This document shows positions 40,557 to 50,787 of a DNA stretch of 64,000 bases, in pieces. Source of the DNA: Escherichia phage QL01. Where the stretch lies: sequence record NC_028847.1; one strand, given 5' to 3'. A model generated the notes under the pieces. That model was not told the DNA's origin. It was given only the letters and a program-made list of their open reading frames with translations, and made no database searches. Within the stretch, counting starts at the first letter, position 1; every line of letters begins with the position of its first letter. Made by a program: the position numbers and the translations under genes.

Positions 40557-40784
40557 TTATTTTTGAATTAAGCCCATATAAAATTTAGCGTCTTCCGGGT
40601 GCATACCGTCACAATACTCGTCAGCCATAAAGCGGGTAAGGTCTTCAAGAGGACCTTGGACTTCAATTTGCATACTACAGAATTGGGTATCTTTAATATG
40701 GGTCATAACTAAAGAAGGATAACGATTACGGATAACTTCGTAAGTGTATTCAAAATCAACGATATCAATATTAACCTTAGCCAT
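40557..40784 (-). CDS. Hypothetical protein
   Basis: Start at internal ATG after SD GAGGAAAATAAA; 75 aa. Confidence 0.5.
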   Translation of the reverse strand: MAKVNIDIVDFEYTYEVIRNRYPSLVMTHIKDTQFCSMQIEVQGPLEDLTRFMADEYCDGMHPEDAKFYMGLIQK

Positions 40785-40816
40785 TTTATTTTCCTCACTC
40801 ATTAGTTGATAGGTCT

Positions 40817-40845
40817 ATAGTATCATGTTTAAAGGCATTGTAAAC
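40817..40845 (-). promoter_or_regulatory. Early-type promoter (GTTTAC, 17 nt, TACTAT)
   Basis: Shares the conserved AGACCTATCAACTAATGAG leader with other copies. Confidence 0.5.
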
Positions 40846-40847
40846 AC

Positions 40848-41108
40848 TTATTTTTGAATTTTATCAAGCCATTTACCAAGCTTAATCATTTCTTTGGTAG
40901 CTTTTTCCATACTTCTAAATTTAACCAGTAAAGGTTGGGCATCAACACCCATAACTAAGGTGGTTACAAGACTATGTTCACCTACAAGCCATAATGAATA
41001 AGTTTGGATATCGAGCCCGTAATTTCGGTCTTTATGAACTCGTACACCCATCACTTCAAATTTCTCACTGGCTTTTTCTACTGCATCCAGGAAATCATCT
41101 TTAGTCAT
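40848..41108 (-). CDS. Hypothetical protein
   Basis: Track ORF begins at TTG; internal ATG with SD AAGG just after upstream stop; 86 aa. Confidence 0.45.
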   Translation of the reverse strand: MTKDDFLDAVEKASEKFEVMGVRVHKDRNYGLDIQTYSLWLVGEHSLVTTLVMGVDAQPLLVKFRSMEKATKEMIKLGKWLDKIQK

Positions 41109-41109
41109 A

Positions 41110-41499
41110 TTAGGCCTTAAAAGTTTTTTGCAAAAGTTCAATGATTTGGTCAACGTTCTGTTCGGTGACAATGCAATGGATTTGAGTCACACCGGCCTTA
41201 GCAATAGGCTCATCGATTTCTTTATCTTCCACAACATATTCACGGAAGCAATAGAACTCGTCTTCATGCAACTCAAAATAATTTGGCACCAACCCAACTT
41301 CATTATAAATCTCGCCGTTAGCGCATTCGATTTCAGTCACAAATTTGTCGCCATCCATAGTCACCATATCCTTTACTTCAAACCAACCGCCGTTGTCTTG
41401 GATAAGGCCGACCATGCTTTTATTATTTTCATATTCGTCCATTTCAATAAAGTCTTTAATGCATTCAGGACGAAGTTCATAAGTTTTACCGATTTCCAT
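41110..41499 (-). CDS. Hypothetical acidic protein
   Basis: 129-aa ORF; SD GAGGAAA; preceded by early promoter. Confidence 0.55.
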   Translation of the reverse strand: MEIGKTYELRPECIKDFIEMDEYENNKSMVGLIQDNGGWFEVKDMVTMDGDKFVTEIECANGEIYNEVGLVPNYFELHEDEFYCFREYVVEDKEIDEPIAKAGVTQIHCIVTEQNVDQIIELLQKTFKA

Positions 41500-41529
41500 T
41501 TTTATTTCCTCATGTAGTTGATAGGGCCT

Positions 41530-41558
41530 ATAGTATCATGTTTAAAGGCGTTGTAAAC
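41530..41558 (-). promoter_or_regulatory. Early-type promoter (GTTTAC, 17 nt, TACTAT)
   Basis: Near-identical to the cassette at 40817-40845. Confidence 0.5.
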
Positions 41559-41610
41559 CATTAAATGCCAAAAAGGGAAGACCGAAGTCTTCCCATTATA
41601 AATCAATAAC

Positions 41611-42516
41611 TTATAGACCAGCTAACAGGTCGTCCAGACCATCGTCATCAGAAGGACTTACTGACGGCTCAGGAGTAGTGGAACGAGTCGGTGTAGATGG
41701 TTTAGAATCATATGCATCAAGGTCTGCACTGAATGCGTCCAGGTCATCACCAATCTTATCAGCGGCTGCAGAAGCTTTAGCGGCAGCACCACCAAGAGCA
41801 GCTGTACCAACAACTTTCTTAAACTTGGCTTCGTTAGTTTCGAATGATTTGAAATCGAGCAGTTTAGAAAGGTCGTGCATTTCTTCCATCAATTTAGCTT
41901 GGTAAGCTTCATCATTGATGTTAGGAATTTCAGACTGACCCATGAATTTGGAATCGTCATAGTTCTTGAAGTCGCCAACTTTCTTAGATTTCAGTACGAA
42001 GTTCGCACCATCAAACGGACATGTTACGTCAACCGGCACTTCACCAATATCGGTATCAACTTCAACCATCTGGTTGATTTTATCCATAATTTTCTGACCG
42101 AAACGGAATTTAAACACTTTACCTTCGTTAGCAGGCACTGCACTATCCTTAATAACAAGGATGTTAGCCCAGAAGGAAGTTTTACGTTTCATCAGTTTGT
42201 ATTCGGCATTATTAGTATTAAAGGTATCATTCTGGTTCATGTATTTACATACAGGACATGAATCGAAATCACCGTGTGTAGACGTACAGTTTTCAATGTA
42301 CCATTGACCATTTTTCTTAAAGCCGTGGTTAACGAGCTTAATGAATGGAGATGGATTTTCTTCGTTTTTCGAAGGTAGGAAACGAATTACCGCAGTACCA
42401 ACGCCATTGTCATCTTTCAATTTCCATTCAGCTTTATCATCGGAAGAGAAAGAAGAACCACCTTTCATTGCAGACAGTTGAGCAGCCAGTTGGGAAGGGT
42501 CTTTACGTTTAAACAT
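41611..42516 (-). CDS. 32: Single-stranded DNA-binding protein gp32
   Basis: 301 aa (T4 gp32 is 301 aa); FLPSKNE, zinc ligands, acidic C-terminus ...DDLLAGL. Confidence 0.95.
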   Translation of the reverse strand: MFKRKDPSQLAAQLSAMKGGSSFSSDDKAEWKLKDDNGVGTAVIRFLPSKNEENPSPFIKLVNHGFKKNGQWYIENCTSTHGDFDSCPVCKYMNQNDTFNTNNAEYKLMKRKTSFWANILVIKDSAVPANEGKVFKFRFGQKIMDKINQMVEVDTDIGEVPVDVTCPFDGANFVLKSKKVGDFKNYDDSKFMGQSEIPNINDEAYQAKLMEEMHDLSKLLDFKSFETNEAKFKKVVGTAALGGAAAKASAAADKIGDDLDAFSADLDAYDSKPSTPTRSTTPEPSVSPSDDDGLDDLLAGL

Positions 42517-42605
42517 ATTATTTACCTTAGCAGATTTAGCAGTTATATTTTATTAACAGTTTTTAACAGATTGAGTTAGTATATTAACACAGTTGGTTTG
42601 AAGCA
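42517..42605 (-). promoter_or_regulatory. Gene 32 5' leader, putative autogenous translational operator
   Basis: ~90-nt A/U-rich leader with repeated UUAAA/UAAA motifs; by analogy to T4 gp32 autoregulation. Confidence 0.4.
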
Positions 42606-43259
42606 TTAAAACTTACAAGATTTGATAGTTTCAATGAACAATTTACGAGCTTCTAAATTATCGATTATAAGAATTTTCTTATAAGCATTTAATTTAGTCG
42701 AATACTTAGACCATACTAAATCGTTGGTCTGTTCATCATGTTTATTTATTATATCCATAAATGAATCAAGCAAAATAAACGTTTCGAATGAAATCACATT
42801 CGATTGAAGGAGCTTAAAAATATAGCTCGAGTTAACTTTTTTATTATAATCAAAAATTTCAGAAAGCGCTTGAACTTCCACTTTCTTACTAAAATAATAA
42901 ATGTTTTTGATATCATCCTCAAAAACTTGTTTTATTCTTTTAAGTCTACCGATATATTCTCGGTAAAAGACTAAGGCGTCAGCATCACTGATGTCGCCAA
43001 TCCATGCGTCTTGGTTAGCCACCAAGTTACTCATGAAGATAAGAGCAAGCTCTTTCAAAGTGTATTTATCACTCAATTTCTCAAAGAAATATTTGTCACG
43101 ACGTTTTTGATAAGCCGTATCAGAGATTCGCATGACCCAGTTATATTTTATAACGTCGTATTTGGCATTGAAGTGATGTTTGAGCATTAAGTATAGTGAA
43201 TATACGCTCTTACCATTCACCATACGGTTATTGTTTGGTGGCATGCGAATCTTAATCAT
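42606..43259 (-). CDS. 59: Helicase loader gp59
   Basis: 217 aa (T4 gp59 is 217 aa); position directly upstream of gene 32. Confidence 0.9.
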   Translation of the reverse strand: MIKIRMPPNNNRMVNGKSVYSLYLMLKHHFNAKYDVIKYNWVMRISDTAYQKRRDKYFFEKLSDKYTLKELALIFMSNLVANQDAWIGDISDADALVFYREYIGRLKRIKQVFEDDIKNIYYFSKKVEVQALSEIFDYNKKVNSSYIFKLLQSNVISFETFILLDSFMDIINKHDEQTNDLVWSKYSTKLNAYKKILIIDNLEARKLFIETIKSCKF

Positions 43260-43558
43260 AACAAGAAATCCAGAGTATTAGTTTTTTGCGTTCGAGCCAT
43301 TGAAGGTCGAAGCAAGTTATCATCAATGGCTTCGTTCATAATTTTATCAATAATTCCTGCAGGCAAATAACGAGCAAAGTTACCTTCAGGGATGCTATTC
43401 TCTTCCAACCATGCGGTAGCCGCTTCGAGGTAACTACAACCTTCAGCTTCAACAAAGGCCTCAATATCAAGACCGTTCTGTTGTTTGTTTACGAGCACAT
43501 GGACAGGTTCGGAAGCGGTATTAACCGCTCCATCAAAATCATTCAAAGATTGTGTCAT
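43256..43558 (-). CDS. 33: Late transcription co-activator gp33
   Basis: 100 aa; C-terminus ...LLRPS..R..KTNTLDFLL matches recalled T4 gp33. Confidence 0.85.
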   Translation of the reverse strand: MTQSLNDFDGAVNTASEPVHVLVNKQQNGLDIEAFVEAEGCSYLEAATAWLEENSIPEGNFARYLPAGIIDKIMNEAIDDNLLRPSMARTQKTNTLDFLL

Positions 43559-43808
43559 ACAGTTCTACCACTTCAGTTTTTTCGTCTTCGAAACGTTCAC
43601 GAGTGCCTTTATGGTACAGAGAGAACAGTTGGTTAAACATTTTACCGTCTACACCAAGTTCAGTCTTAGCACGGTCTTTGATATCTTTAATTTCGTCACC
43701 GTAAGCTTCCATTTTTAATTTAGTATCGGAAGCAGACTTAATCAGTTGTGCCAATGTGTTGCCATGTTCTTCTTGATTGAATTCAACTTTCACTTTTTCT
43801 TTAGCCAT
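43539..43808 (-). CDS. dsbA: DsbA-like dsDNA-binding late transcription enhancer
   Basis: Track start is GTG; first ATG gives 89 aa, the T4 DsbA size; position between 33 and rnh. Confidence 0.65.
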   Translation of the reverse strand: MAKEKVKVEFNQEEHGNTLAQLIKSASDTKLKMEAYGDEIKDIKDRAKTELGVDGKMFNQLFSLYHKGTRERFEDEKTEVVELYDTIFE

Positions 43809-43818
43809 TATATTCACC

Positions 43819-44766
43819 TTAATAAAAATCAGCTACTGTAGCGGTTAGTTTAGACAAACCCGATTTAACGAAATAAGGATAAACTTTAGATTTCGAAGGT
43901 TTGTTATACGTATTATATCTTTCAGTAATTAAAGCAACAATATCATCCGGAATAAAGTCCATATCAATTAAGATTTGGTTTTCACAGAAACGTTCATATT
44001 GTTCTTCAGTAAGAAGTGTTTTAATTATATCATGGTCATAATAATTAAGAGCAATTGCTTCAAGTTCCTTGGCACGAGTGCTAGGAGTACGCTCGCCTTC
44101 AACCATGGTCAACCAATAATCACCACGAACTTTAATACTCGCGACGTTATCTTTACGGTCACCTTTAACAACCTTAGTCACGCAATCAAGCAATGCATCA
44201 CCAGATTTTGTTTTGACGAATTTTTTCTGCATTGGGGACCATTGTTTTACACCAGGGAATTTATGAAGTTGGGTAAAGTCACCATCAGAAGAACCAATCA
44301 TAACAGGGTGGCCTAAAGCCGTAAGGATTCGGGTTAAAACAGCAATATGGTCGTCAGCTTCGATTGTATCGATATTCATAACAATATAAGGCATGTTTTG
44401 TTCCAGTTCATCAACAATAATATGCATTGCTGTGAATAAACCTTCCCAATCAAATGGTGATTCGTCACGAGCCTTAGCACGGTTTTTCTTATAATAAGAA
44501 GAATAACGACGACGCCAATAACCTGATTTGGAGTTATCAACACAAATAATTAATTGGTTGTAACCTTGTTTACGGAAGTCTTTAATGTTTTTCTTAATTG
44601 AATTCAACACGAGGTGTCGAAGCATTGCGGTAGTTACTTTAGGAAATCCAGCATTCTCACCAAACTCTTGGAAAGCCGCAGCCATAATGATTTGGCTGAA
44701 ATCTAGGAGTAAAAATCCATCTTTTTGTTGGTCTTCTTCAGGAAGTAAAAAATCTAAATCGTTCAT
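43819..44766 (-). CDS. rnh: RNase H (5'-3' flap exonuclease)
   Basis: 315 aa; matches recalled T4 RNase H (WSPM.KK.VK.KSG, DDHIAVL). Confidence 0.9.
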   Translation of the reverse strand: MNDLDFLLPEEDQQKDGFLLLDFSQIIMAAAFQEFGENAGFPKVTTAMLRHLVLNSIKKNIKDFRKQGYNQLIICVDNSKSGYWRRRYSSYYKKNRAKARDESPFDWEGLFTAMHIIVDELEQNMPYIVMNIDTIEADDHIAVLTRILTALGHPVMIGSSDGDFTQLHKFPGVKQWSPMQKKFVKTKSGDALLDCVTKVVKGDRKDNVASIKVRGDYWLTMVEGERTPSTRAKELEAIALNYYDHDIIKTLLTEEQYERFCENQILIDMDFIPDDIVALITERYNTYNKPSKSKVYPYFVKSGLSKLTATVADFY

Positions 44767-44797
44767 ATGAACCTCTGTTCAAGTAGTTGAGAGGTCC

Positions 44798-44826
44798 ATT
44801 ATATCATGGGTTTTAAGGAAGTAAAC
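44798..44826 (-). promoter_or_regulatory. Early promoter for rnh (GTTTAC, 17 nt, TATAAT)
   Basis: Perfect -10 and T4-type -35 with 17-nt spacer. Confidence 0.55.
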
Positions 44827-44833
44827 ATCTTGC

Positions 44834-44841
44834 TATAAATA
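44834..44841 (+). promoter_or_regulatory. Late promoter TATAAATA for gene 34
   Basis: Exact TATAAATA about 33 nt upstream of gene 34 ATG. Confidence 0.55.
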
Positions 44842-44873
44842 GTTCTATACCCTGAAAACGAAAAGGAAATAAA

Positions 44874-47800
44874 ATGGCCGATATTTTAAAACCTGCCTTC
44901 CGTGCTACATCCGGACTCGATGCTGCAGGCGAGAAAGTTATCAATGTTGCCAAAGCCGATTACAATGTATTAGACGACGGCGTCAACGTTGAATTCTTTA
45001 TAGATGAGAACACCATCCAGGCGTACGACGAGACGCGCGGATATAAGAAAGGGTTTGCCGTAATCCATGACCAACGTATCTGGGTTGCTCAACGTGATAT
45101 CAATGCTCCAGCAGGAACCTTTGTACCTGGTTATTGGACTGCTACCCGTACTGACCCTAAATGGATTACCGTAGCATCTCCTACACGCCAGCTGGCTTCC
45201 GGTGAATATATTGCTGTGGATTCTGCTGCTAGCTTTACTACATTTACCCTGCCTCCGAACCCTACTGATGGTGATACCATCGTAATCAAGGATATTGGTG
45301 GCCGTGTAGGTTATAATGAAATTAAGCTCCAGTCTAGTTCTGCTCCAGGTGGTGGTAATCAGAAAATTGTCCGTTTCGGTAACCAGTTCACTGAGACCTT
45401 AATTACGAAGCCTTTTTCCTATAATATGATTATCTTTGCCAACCGTTTATGGCATTTCTGGGAAGCAGCTAATGAAGAACGTGGTATTCGTGTAGAACCG
45501 AACACCGCCCAGTTCCAATCACAAGCGGGTGATAACGTTTTACGTCGTTATACTTCAGGTGCAGTAATTAAGTTTACTCTTCCTAAGTATGCGAACCAAG
45601 GTGATATTATTAAAACCGTTGATATCGATGGTTTAGGAAGTAAATTCCACTTAATCGTTGAAACATTTGATGCGTCATCTTCATTAGGTAAGCCTGGCCA
45701 GCATAGCATGGAATTCCGTACTTCAGGTGATGGATTCTTTGTTTATAACTCTACCGAAAAATTATGGTATGTTTGGGACGGCGACCGACAAACTCGTTTA
45801 CGTGTAATTCGTGACGATGTTGAACTCTTGGCTAACGAAAGTGTTATTGTTTTTGGTCCTAATAACACGACACCCCAGACAATTAATATCACATTACCTA
45901 CCGGTGTGGCCCAGGGTGATGTCGTTAAGATTGCTCTGAACTATCTCCGTAAAGCTCAGACAGTAAATATTAAGGCTGCCGTAGGAGATAAGATTGCTTC
46001 ATCCGTCCAGTTGCTTCAATTCCCTAAACGTTCAGAATATCCACCAGAAACCGAATGGGTATTGAATGACGTACTGACCTTTAATGGCAATATAAGTTAT
46101 ACTCCGGTTATTGAACTGAGTTATATCGAAGACACCACTACAGGTGGCAAATATTGGGTTGTTGCCCAGAACGTTCCTACTATAGAACGTGTGGATTCTA
46201 AAGATGATTTAACTCGTGCTCGTTTAGGTGTTATTGCCCTTGCGTCCCAGACTCAAGCAAACGTTGACCATGAAAATAATCCTGAAAAAGAACTTGCAAT
46301 TACTCCACAGACTTTAGCTAATCGTGTAGCGACTGAATCTCGTCGTGGTATTGCTCGTATTGCTACTACTGCTCAGGTGAACCAGGACACAACCTTCGCA
46401 TTCCAGGACGATTTGATTATTTCTCCTAAGAAATTAAACGAACGTACTGCAACCGAAACCCGCCGTGGTGTTGCTGAAATTGCTACGCAAGTTGAAACTG
46501 ATGCTGGTATAGATGATACTACAATCATCACTCCTAAGAAGCTACAAGCGCGCCAGGGTTCGGAAAGTCTTTCAGGTATTGTAACATATACCTCTACTGT
46601 AGGAACCACTCCTGCGACTGCTAGGGACACCGTAGGTACTAACGTTTATAATAATAACGTAGGCAATTTGGTTATTTCTCCTAAAGCTCTTGACCAGTAT
46701 AAAGCTACCCAAGTTCAACAGGGTACGGTATATCTTTCTAACCAATCTGAAGTTAACGCAGGCCAATCGGCAAGTGGATTTGCCAACAGTGCTGTTTCTC
46801 CGGAAACATTACATGCTCGTGTGGCTCTTGATACTCGTACAGGGTTAATTGAAATTGCTACGCAACAGGAAACTGATACTGGAACAGATTATACTCGTGC
46901 GGTAACGCCTAAGACGTTAAATGATAGGAAAGCTACGGAAGGATTGACTGGTATTGCTAGAATTGCAACACAGGTAGAATTTGATGCAGGTACGTTAGAT
47001 AATGTTATTTCAACTCCGTTGAAAATTAAAACAAGATTTAATGATACTGCTAGAACTTCTGTCTCAGCAGCCAGTGGTTTGGTTGAATCAGGAACCTTAT
47101 GGAACCATTATACACTAGATATTAGAGAAGCAAATGAGACACAACGTGGTACTGCTCGCCTGGCAACCCAGACCGAAGTCAACGTTGGTACTGATGACAA
47201 AACCATCATCACTCCTTTGAAATTACACTCTAAAAAATCTACTGAAAGTTCTGAAGGTATTATTCGTGTTGCAACCAATACCGAAACAACCGCAGGAACT
47301 TCTAAAGTTTTGGCTGTAAGCCCTTCTGGTTTAAAATATGTAGTACAGACCGAAACTACTTGGGAAGCTACTGCACTTCGTCGTGGATTTGTTAAATTAA
47401 CCGAAGGTGCTTTAACCCATTCAGGAAATAAAGTTACTGGTTCTGGTGTTAAATTCAACTCAGGTACAGGCCTTTATGAGAACGATGATACTGTTCTGAA
47501 CGCAGCGAACTATCCTAAAACGGGTTATGCGGTTTCATCTTACGAGATGAATAAAACTTTACAGAACTTTTTACCTATAAATGCTACGGCTGTGAACTCC
47601 GAGAAATTGGATGGCCTAGATTCACTCCAGTTCATTCGTAGAGACGTCGATCAAACGGTTAATGGTTCTTTAACCCTGACCAAACAATTGAACCTGGCAG
47701 CTCCTCTAGTGTCTTCTAGTACTGCTAATATTACCGGCAATACTATTTTAGGTTCTCTGGAAGTAACCGGAAATTCTACTTTTAAAAATGATGTATCTGT

Positions 47801-48926
47801 TAGCTCAGGTAAATCTATTAAATTTGTAGGACCCCAGTCTGGCGCAGGTTCTTGGGATTCTCAGGCAACTAATTTTGCACCTATTTTCTCTGAGATAAAT
47901 TCTACTGTTGATGCTAGTTATCACCCTATTGTTAAGCAACGATTAGGGCAGGGTACTTTCTCTTTAGGTACTTTAAATGACGGTTCCGGCGATTTTAAAA
48001 TCCATCATATTAGCAGTGCTTCTGGTGCTTTAAAATCTTCCTACTGGACCTTTAATACGACCGGTGATTTTGCTGTTAATAGTGGTTCTATTAGTATTTC
48101 TAAGAATGCTAATATCACAGGTATAACCACTTCTAACGGTGTTTCTACAACCACACTAAATGCTTCTGCTCTGTCTTCGTTGCAAAACGTAACTACTTCA
48201 GGTACTATCGTTTCCACCGGACAGGTATCGGCAAATAATGGTTTGGTTGCTCAAAAATACGTCCGTTCTGTTGGTGTTAAACCTACATTAGCATCCCAGG
48301 CCCCTACTGCAGAAACAGTTGGCTTCTGGTCTGTTGATATCAATGATTCGGCCACATTTAACCTGTTCCCTGGTTATTGGACGATGAAAACGAAACGCCA
48401 GGTTAATATCGATACGGTCCAAACTAAACCTGCCGGTGTTTCTGATGAGATATGGAATGCTTCTGGTTGGTTGACAGAAACAGGTGCATTTAGTTCTCCG
48501 GCTATTCGTTATCGTAACGAAGACGGTAGTTTTGGTGACGAAGTTCTCGGTACGTCAGGTCAGAAATTACGTGGTACTTGGTTTGATTATTCTGTTCGTG
48601 ATAAGGAAGTTAAATATCCTGGTACGTTAACCCAGTTTGGTAATACATTGGATTCATGTTATCAGGATTGGGTGTGCTATCCTACAGGACTGAATGGTGG
48701 TACTATTCGTTATACACGTACCTGGCAGAAAAATAAAAACGCATGGACTACGTTCTCTATGGTCTATACGGCAGATAACCCTCCTTCTGCGGAAGAGGTT
48801 GGTGCATTGCCTGCTGATAACGCCACAATGGGTAACATTACAATCCTTGATTGGTTACGTATTGGTAACGTTCGTATTATTCCTGACCCGGTCACTAAAT
48901 CCGTTAAGTTTGAGTGGATTGAATAA
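44874..48926 (+). CDS. 34: Long tail fibre proximal subunit gp34
   Basis: 1350 aa; internal repeats (RRG.A.IAT....). Confidence 0.9.
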   Translation: MADILKPAFRATSGLDAAGEKVINVAKADYNVLDDGVNVEFFIDENTIQAYDETRGYKKGFAVIHDQRIWVAQRDINAPAGTFVPGYWTATRTDPKWITVASPTRQLASGEYIAVDSAASFTTFTLPPNPTDGDTIVIKDIGGRVGYNEIKLQSSSAPGGGNQKIVRFGNQFTETLITKPFSYNMIIFANRLWHFWEAANEERGIRVEPNTAQFQSQAGDNVLRRYTSGAVIKFTLPKYANQGDIIKTVDIDGLGSKFHLIVETFDASSSLGKPGQHSMEFRTSGDGFFVYNSTEKLWYVWDGDRQTRLRVIRDDVELLANESVIVFGPNNTTPQTINITLPTGVAQGDVVKIALNYLRKAQTVNIKAAVGDKIASSVQLLQFPKRSEYPPETEWVLNDVLTFNGNISYTPVIELSYIEDTTTGGKYWVVAQNVPTIERVDSKDDLTRARLGVIALASQTQANVDHENNPEKELAITPQTLANRVATESRRGIARIATTAQVNQDTTFAFQDDLIISPKKLNERTATETRRGVAEIATQVETDAGIDDTTIITPKKLQARQGSESLSGIVTYTSTVGTTPATARDTVGTNVYNNNVGNLVISPKALDQYKATQVQQGTVYLSNQSEVNAGQSASGFANSAVSPETLHARVALDTRTGLIEIATQQETDTGTDYTRAVTPKTLNDRKATEGLTGIARIATQVEFDAGTLDNVISTPLKIKTRFNDTARTSVSAASGLVESGTLWNHYTLDIREANETQRGTARLATQTEVNVGTDDKTIITPLKLHSKKSTESSEGIIRVATNTETTAGTSKVLAVSPSGLKYVVQTETTWEATALRRGFVKLTEGALTHSGNKVTGSGVKFNSGTGLYENDDTVLNAANYPKTGYAVSSYEMNKTLQNFLPINATAVNSEKLDGLDSLQFIRRDVDQTVNGSLTLTKQLNLAAPLVSSSTANITGNTILGSLEVTGNSTFKNDVSVSSGKSIKFVGPQSGAGSWDSQATNFAPIFSEINSTVDASYHPIVKQRLGQGTFSLGTLNDGSGDFKIHHISSASGALKSSYWTFNTTGDFAVNSGSISISKNANITGITTSNGVSTTTLNASALSSLQNVTTSGTIVSTGQVSANNGLVAQKYVRSVGVKPTLASQAPTAETVGFWSVDINDSATFNLFPGYWTMKTKRQVNIDTVQTKPAGVSDEIWNASGWLTETGAFSSPAIRYRNEDGSFGDEVLGTSGQKLRGTWFDYSVRDKEVKYPGTLTQFGNTLDSCYQDWVCYPTGLNGGTIRYTRTWQKNKNAWTTFSMVYTADNPPSAEEVGALPADNATMGNITILDWLRIGNVRIIPDPVTKSVKFEWIE

Positions 48927-48934
48927 GAGGTATT

Positions 48935-50056
48935 ATGGAAAGATTTATGGCAGAATTTGGACAAGGATATGTCCAGGTTCCTACATTATCTGAAAACAAT
49001 GCTGTAAGGTATAAACTTAGTATAGCGGGTAGTTGTACTAAGTCTACCACAAAAGCATATGTTAAATTTCAAGATGGGAACTTCGGTTCCCAGAATTTTC
49101 AAAATGGATTAAACCTTATAGAAATCGATGTTAGTGCTGAACCCAAAATAGTGGCTAACAAAACTTATAGTTTTACAAAAGATTTTGATGTTATTTCTGA
49201 AGCTTTTATAACGTATATAAATTCTATACCAGCCAATAGAATAGTTTGTTTAGTATCTTCTGGTAGATTAAATGCTTCACAAAAACTTATCGATTGGTTC
49301 CATGCAGCAGGAAGTACCGCATTTCCATCTAAATGGCTAATAGACCGCTTCGAGCCGTCTTATTCAGCATTTTATGTTTCAGGAAGGAATGCTATAGTAA
49401 TGGAACATGTGCTTTATAATGATGGGGTATTGGTCGAAGATGTTTCTACTCCATTGGAAGTGGTATTTGACGATATCAGTGATGTTGGCGGTACAGGATA
49501 TCCTGTCAGAATTGTTGAAGATGAAAACACTTATCTAAGCAATGAGGGAGATGAAATTAAGCGATTTCCTACAGAATCTCCTACCGCCCCATTAACAGAT
49601 TATAATATGAAACCAGGTGAATTCTTTTATCTTAAGTTTCAATTAATGTGCGACCAAGCTTTAAAAGATGTCGGGACTTCTCAGATGTCTGTTAGATTTT
49701 TTAACGCCTCAGGTGCTTTAACTGGGACAGTTAATATGGACGTTCCTTCCAACGTTCCTGCCGGTGCATGGATGACATTTGAACGGGTAGTAATGGTTCC
49801 TGAAGGTACTACAGACTTTACCCTTTATGCCAGAAAAACAGCTTCGGCTGGCCAAGGCGGAGTTCGAAATGTTATGTTCGGTGAGATATCTGAATCAGAA
49901 CCTCAGCCAAAACCTGCTGAATTTGGTGTTAACGGTATTCGTATGAACTTTGGTACGGAAACTAAAAATATGGGTACTACCATAGCCCAGCTATATGATA
50001 AAACAGGCACTAAACCTGGTCAGGTTTGGGTCGCTGAATTTAGAGAAAAATATTAA
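48935..50056 (+). CDS. 35: Long tail fibre hinge gp35
   Basis: 373 aa; MERFMAEFGQGYVQ... matches recalled T4 gp35. Confidence 0.9.
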   Translation: MERFMAEFGQGYVQVPTLSENNAVRYKLSIAGSCTKSTTKAYVKFQDGNFGSQNFQNGLNLIEIDVSAEPKIVANKTYSFTKDFDVISEAFITYINSIPANRIVCLVSSGRLNASQKLIDWFHAAGSTAFPSKWLIDRFEPSYSAFYVSGRNAIVMEHVLYNDGVLVEDVSTPLEVVFDDISDVGGTGYPVRIVEDENTYLSNEGDEIKRFPTESPTAPLTDYNMKPGEFFYLKFQLMCDQALKDVGTSQMSVRFFNASGALTGTVNMDVPSNVPAGAWMTFERVVMVPEGTTDFTLYARKTASAGQGGVRNVMFGEISESEPQPKPAEFGVNGIRMNFGTETKNMGTTIAQLYDKTGTKPGQVWVAEFREKY

Positions 50057-50085
50057 GGAACCTTCGGGTTCCTTTTTCGTTTTCT
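50057..50085 (+). terminator. Rho-independent terminator after gene 35
   Basis: GGAACC-TTCG-GGTTCC followed by TTTTTCGTTTTC. Confidence 0.6.
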
Positions 50086-50131
50086 ACGGCCATAAATATA
50101 TAAAAGGCTATAACTCCCAAAGGAAACTCAA

Positions 50132-50779
50132 ATGGCAGATTTAAAATTAGGTTCTACAGCAGGAGGTTCAGTATTATGGCACCAAGGTAATTTTCCCTTA
50201 ACGCCTGTATCAAACGACCTTCTTTACAAAACATATAAAGTTTACACTGAATATAATAAACCACAAGCCGCTGATAACGACTTTGTTTCAAAAGCAAATG
50301 GTGGTAATTATAAGAATAACGTGTATTTTGAAAAAGGGCTGACCTTTAATGATACCAATGGATATGGTATTAAATTAGGAGCAAGAACCGGCGGAGCACC
50401 GTTCACGGCTTCTTTCCGTATTAAAGGTGCTTTTGGATATGAAACGGAAGATGGTACTCCGTTCATGATATTCGACCCAAGTACAGTAGTAGGTGCTAAA
50501 CGCCTCACAGTAATGGGTGATTCATTATTCCGTCAGGTATACGATGAATCTGGCCGCGTATTCAGCCCAGGCAACACCCCTACTAAAGCCCAAGTAGGAT
50601 TATCGTTAGTAGATAACGCAAAACAAGTCCAAATAAATAATACTAACATGCAAACAATGACCGGAGTACTTGCTGCTCCTAACTTTATTTCGCTGAATCC
50701 GGCCTCTGACGCAGGACACGTTCCTCGTTTTGACCAGATTGTTATTAAAGATTCTATTCAAGATTTTGGTTATTATTAA
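50132..50779 (+). CDS. 36: Long tail fibre subunit gp36
   Basis: 215 aa (T4 gp36 is 221 aa); position. Confidence 0.85.
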   Translation: MADLKLGSTAGGSVLWHQGNFPLTPVSNDLLYKTYKVYTEYNKPQAADNDFVSKANGGNYKNNVYFEKGLTFNDTNGYGIKLGARTGGAPFTASFRIKGAFGYETEDGTPFMIFDPSTVVGAKRLTVMGDSLFRQVYDESGRVFSPGNTPTKAQVGLSLVDNAKQVQINNTNMQTMTGVLAAPNFISLNPASDAGHVPRFDQIVIKDSIQDFGYY

Positions 50780-50787
50780 GAGGCATT

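Noticed and set aside
50086-50102. CATAAATATATAAAAGG upstream of gene 36 as a late promoter; similar CATAAATA upstream of the alt array at about 21215
   Set aside because: One mismatch to TATAAATA at the first position; late promoters are strict, so not called
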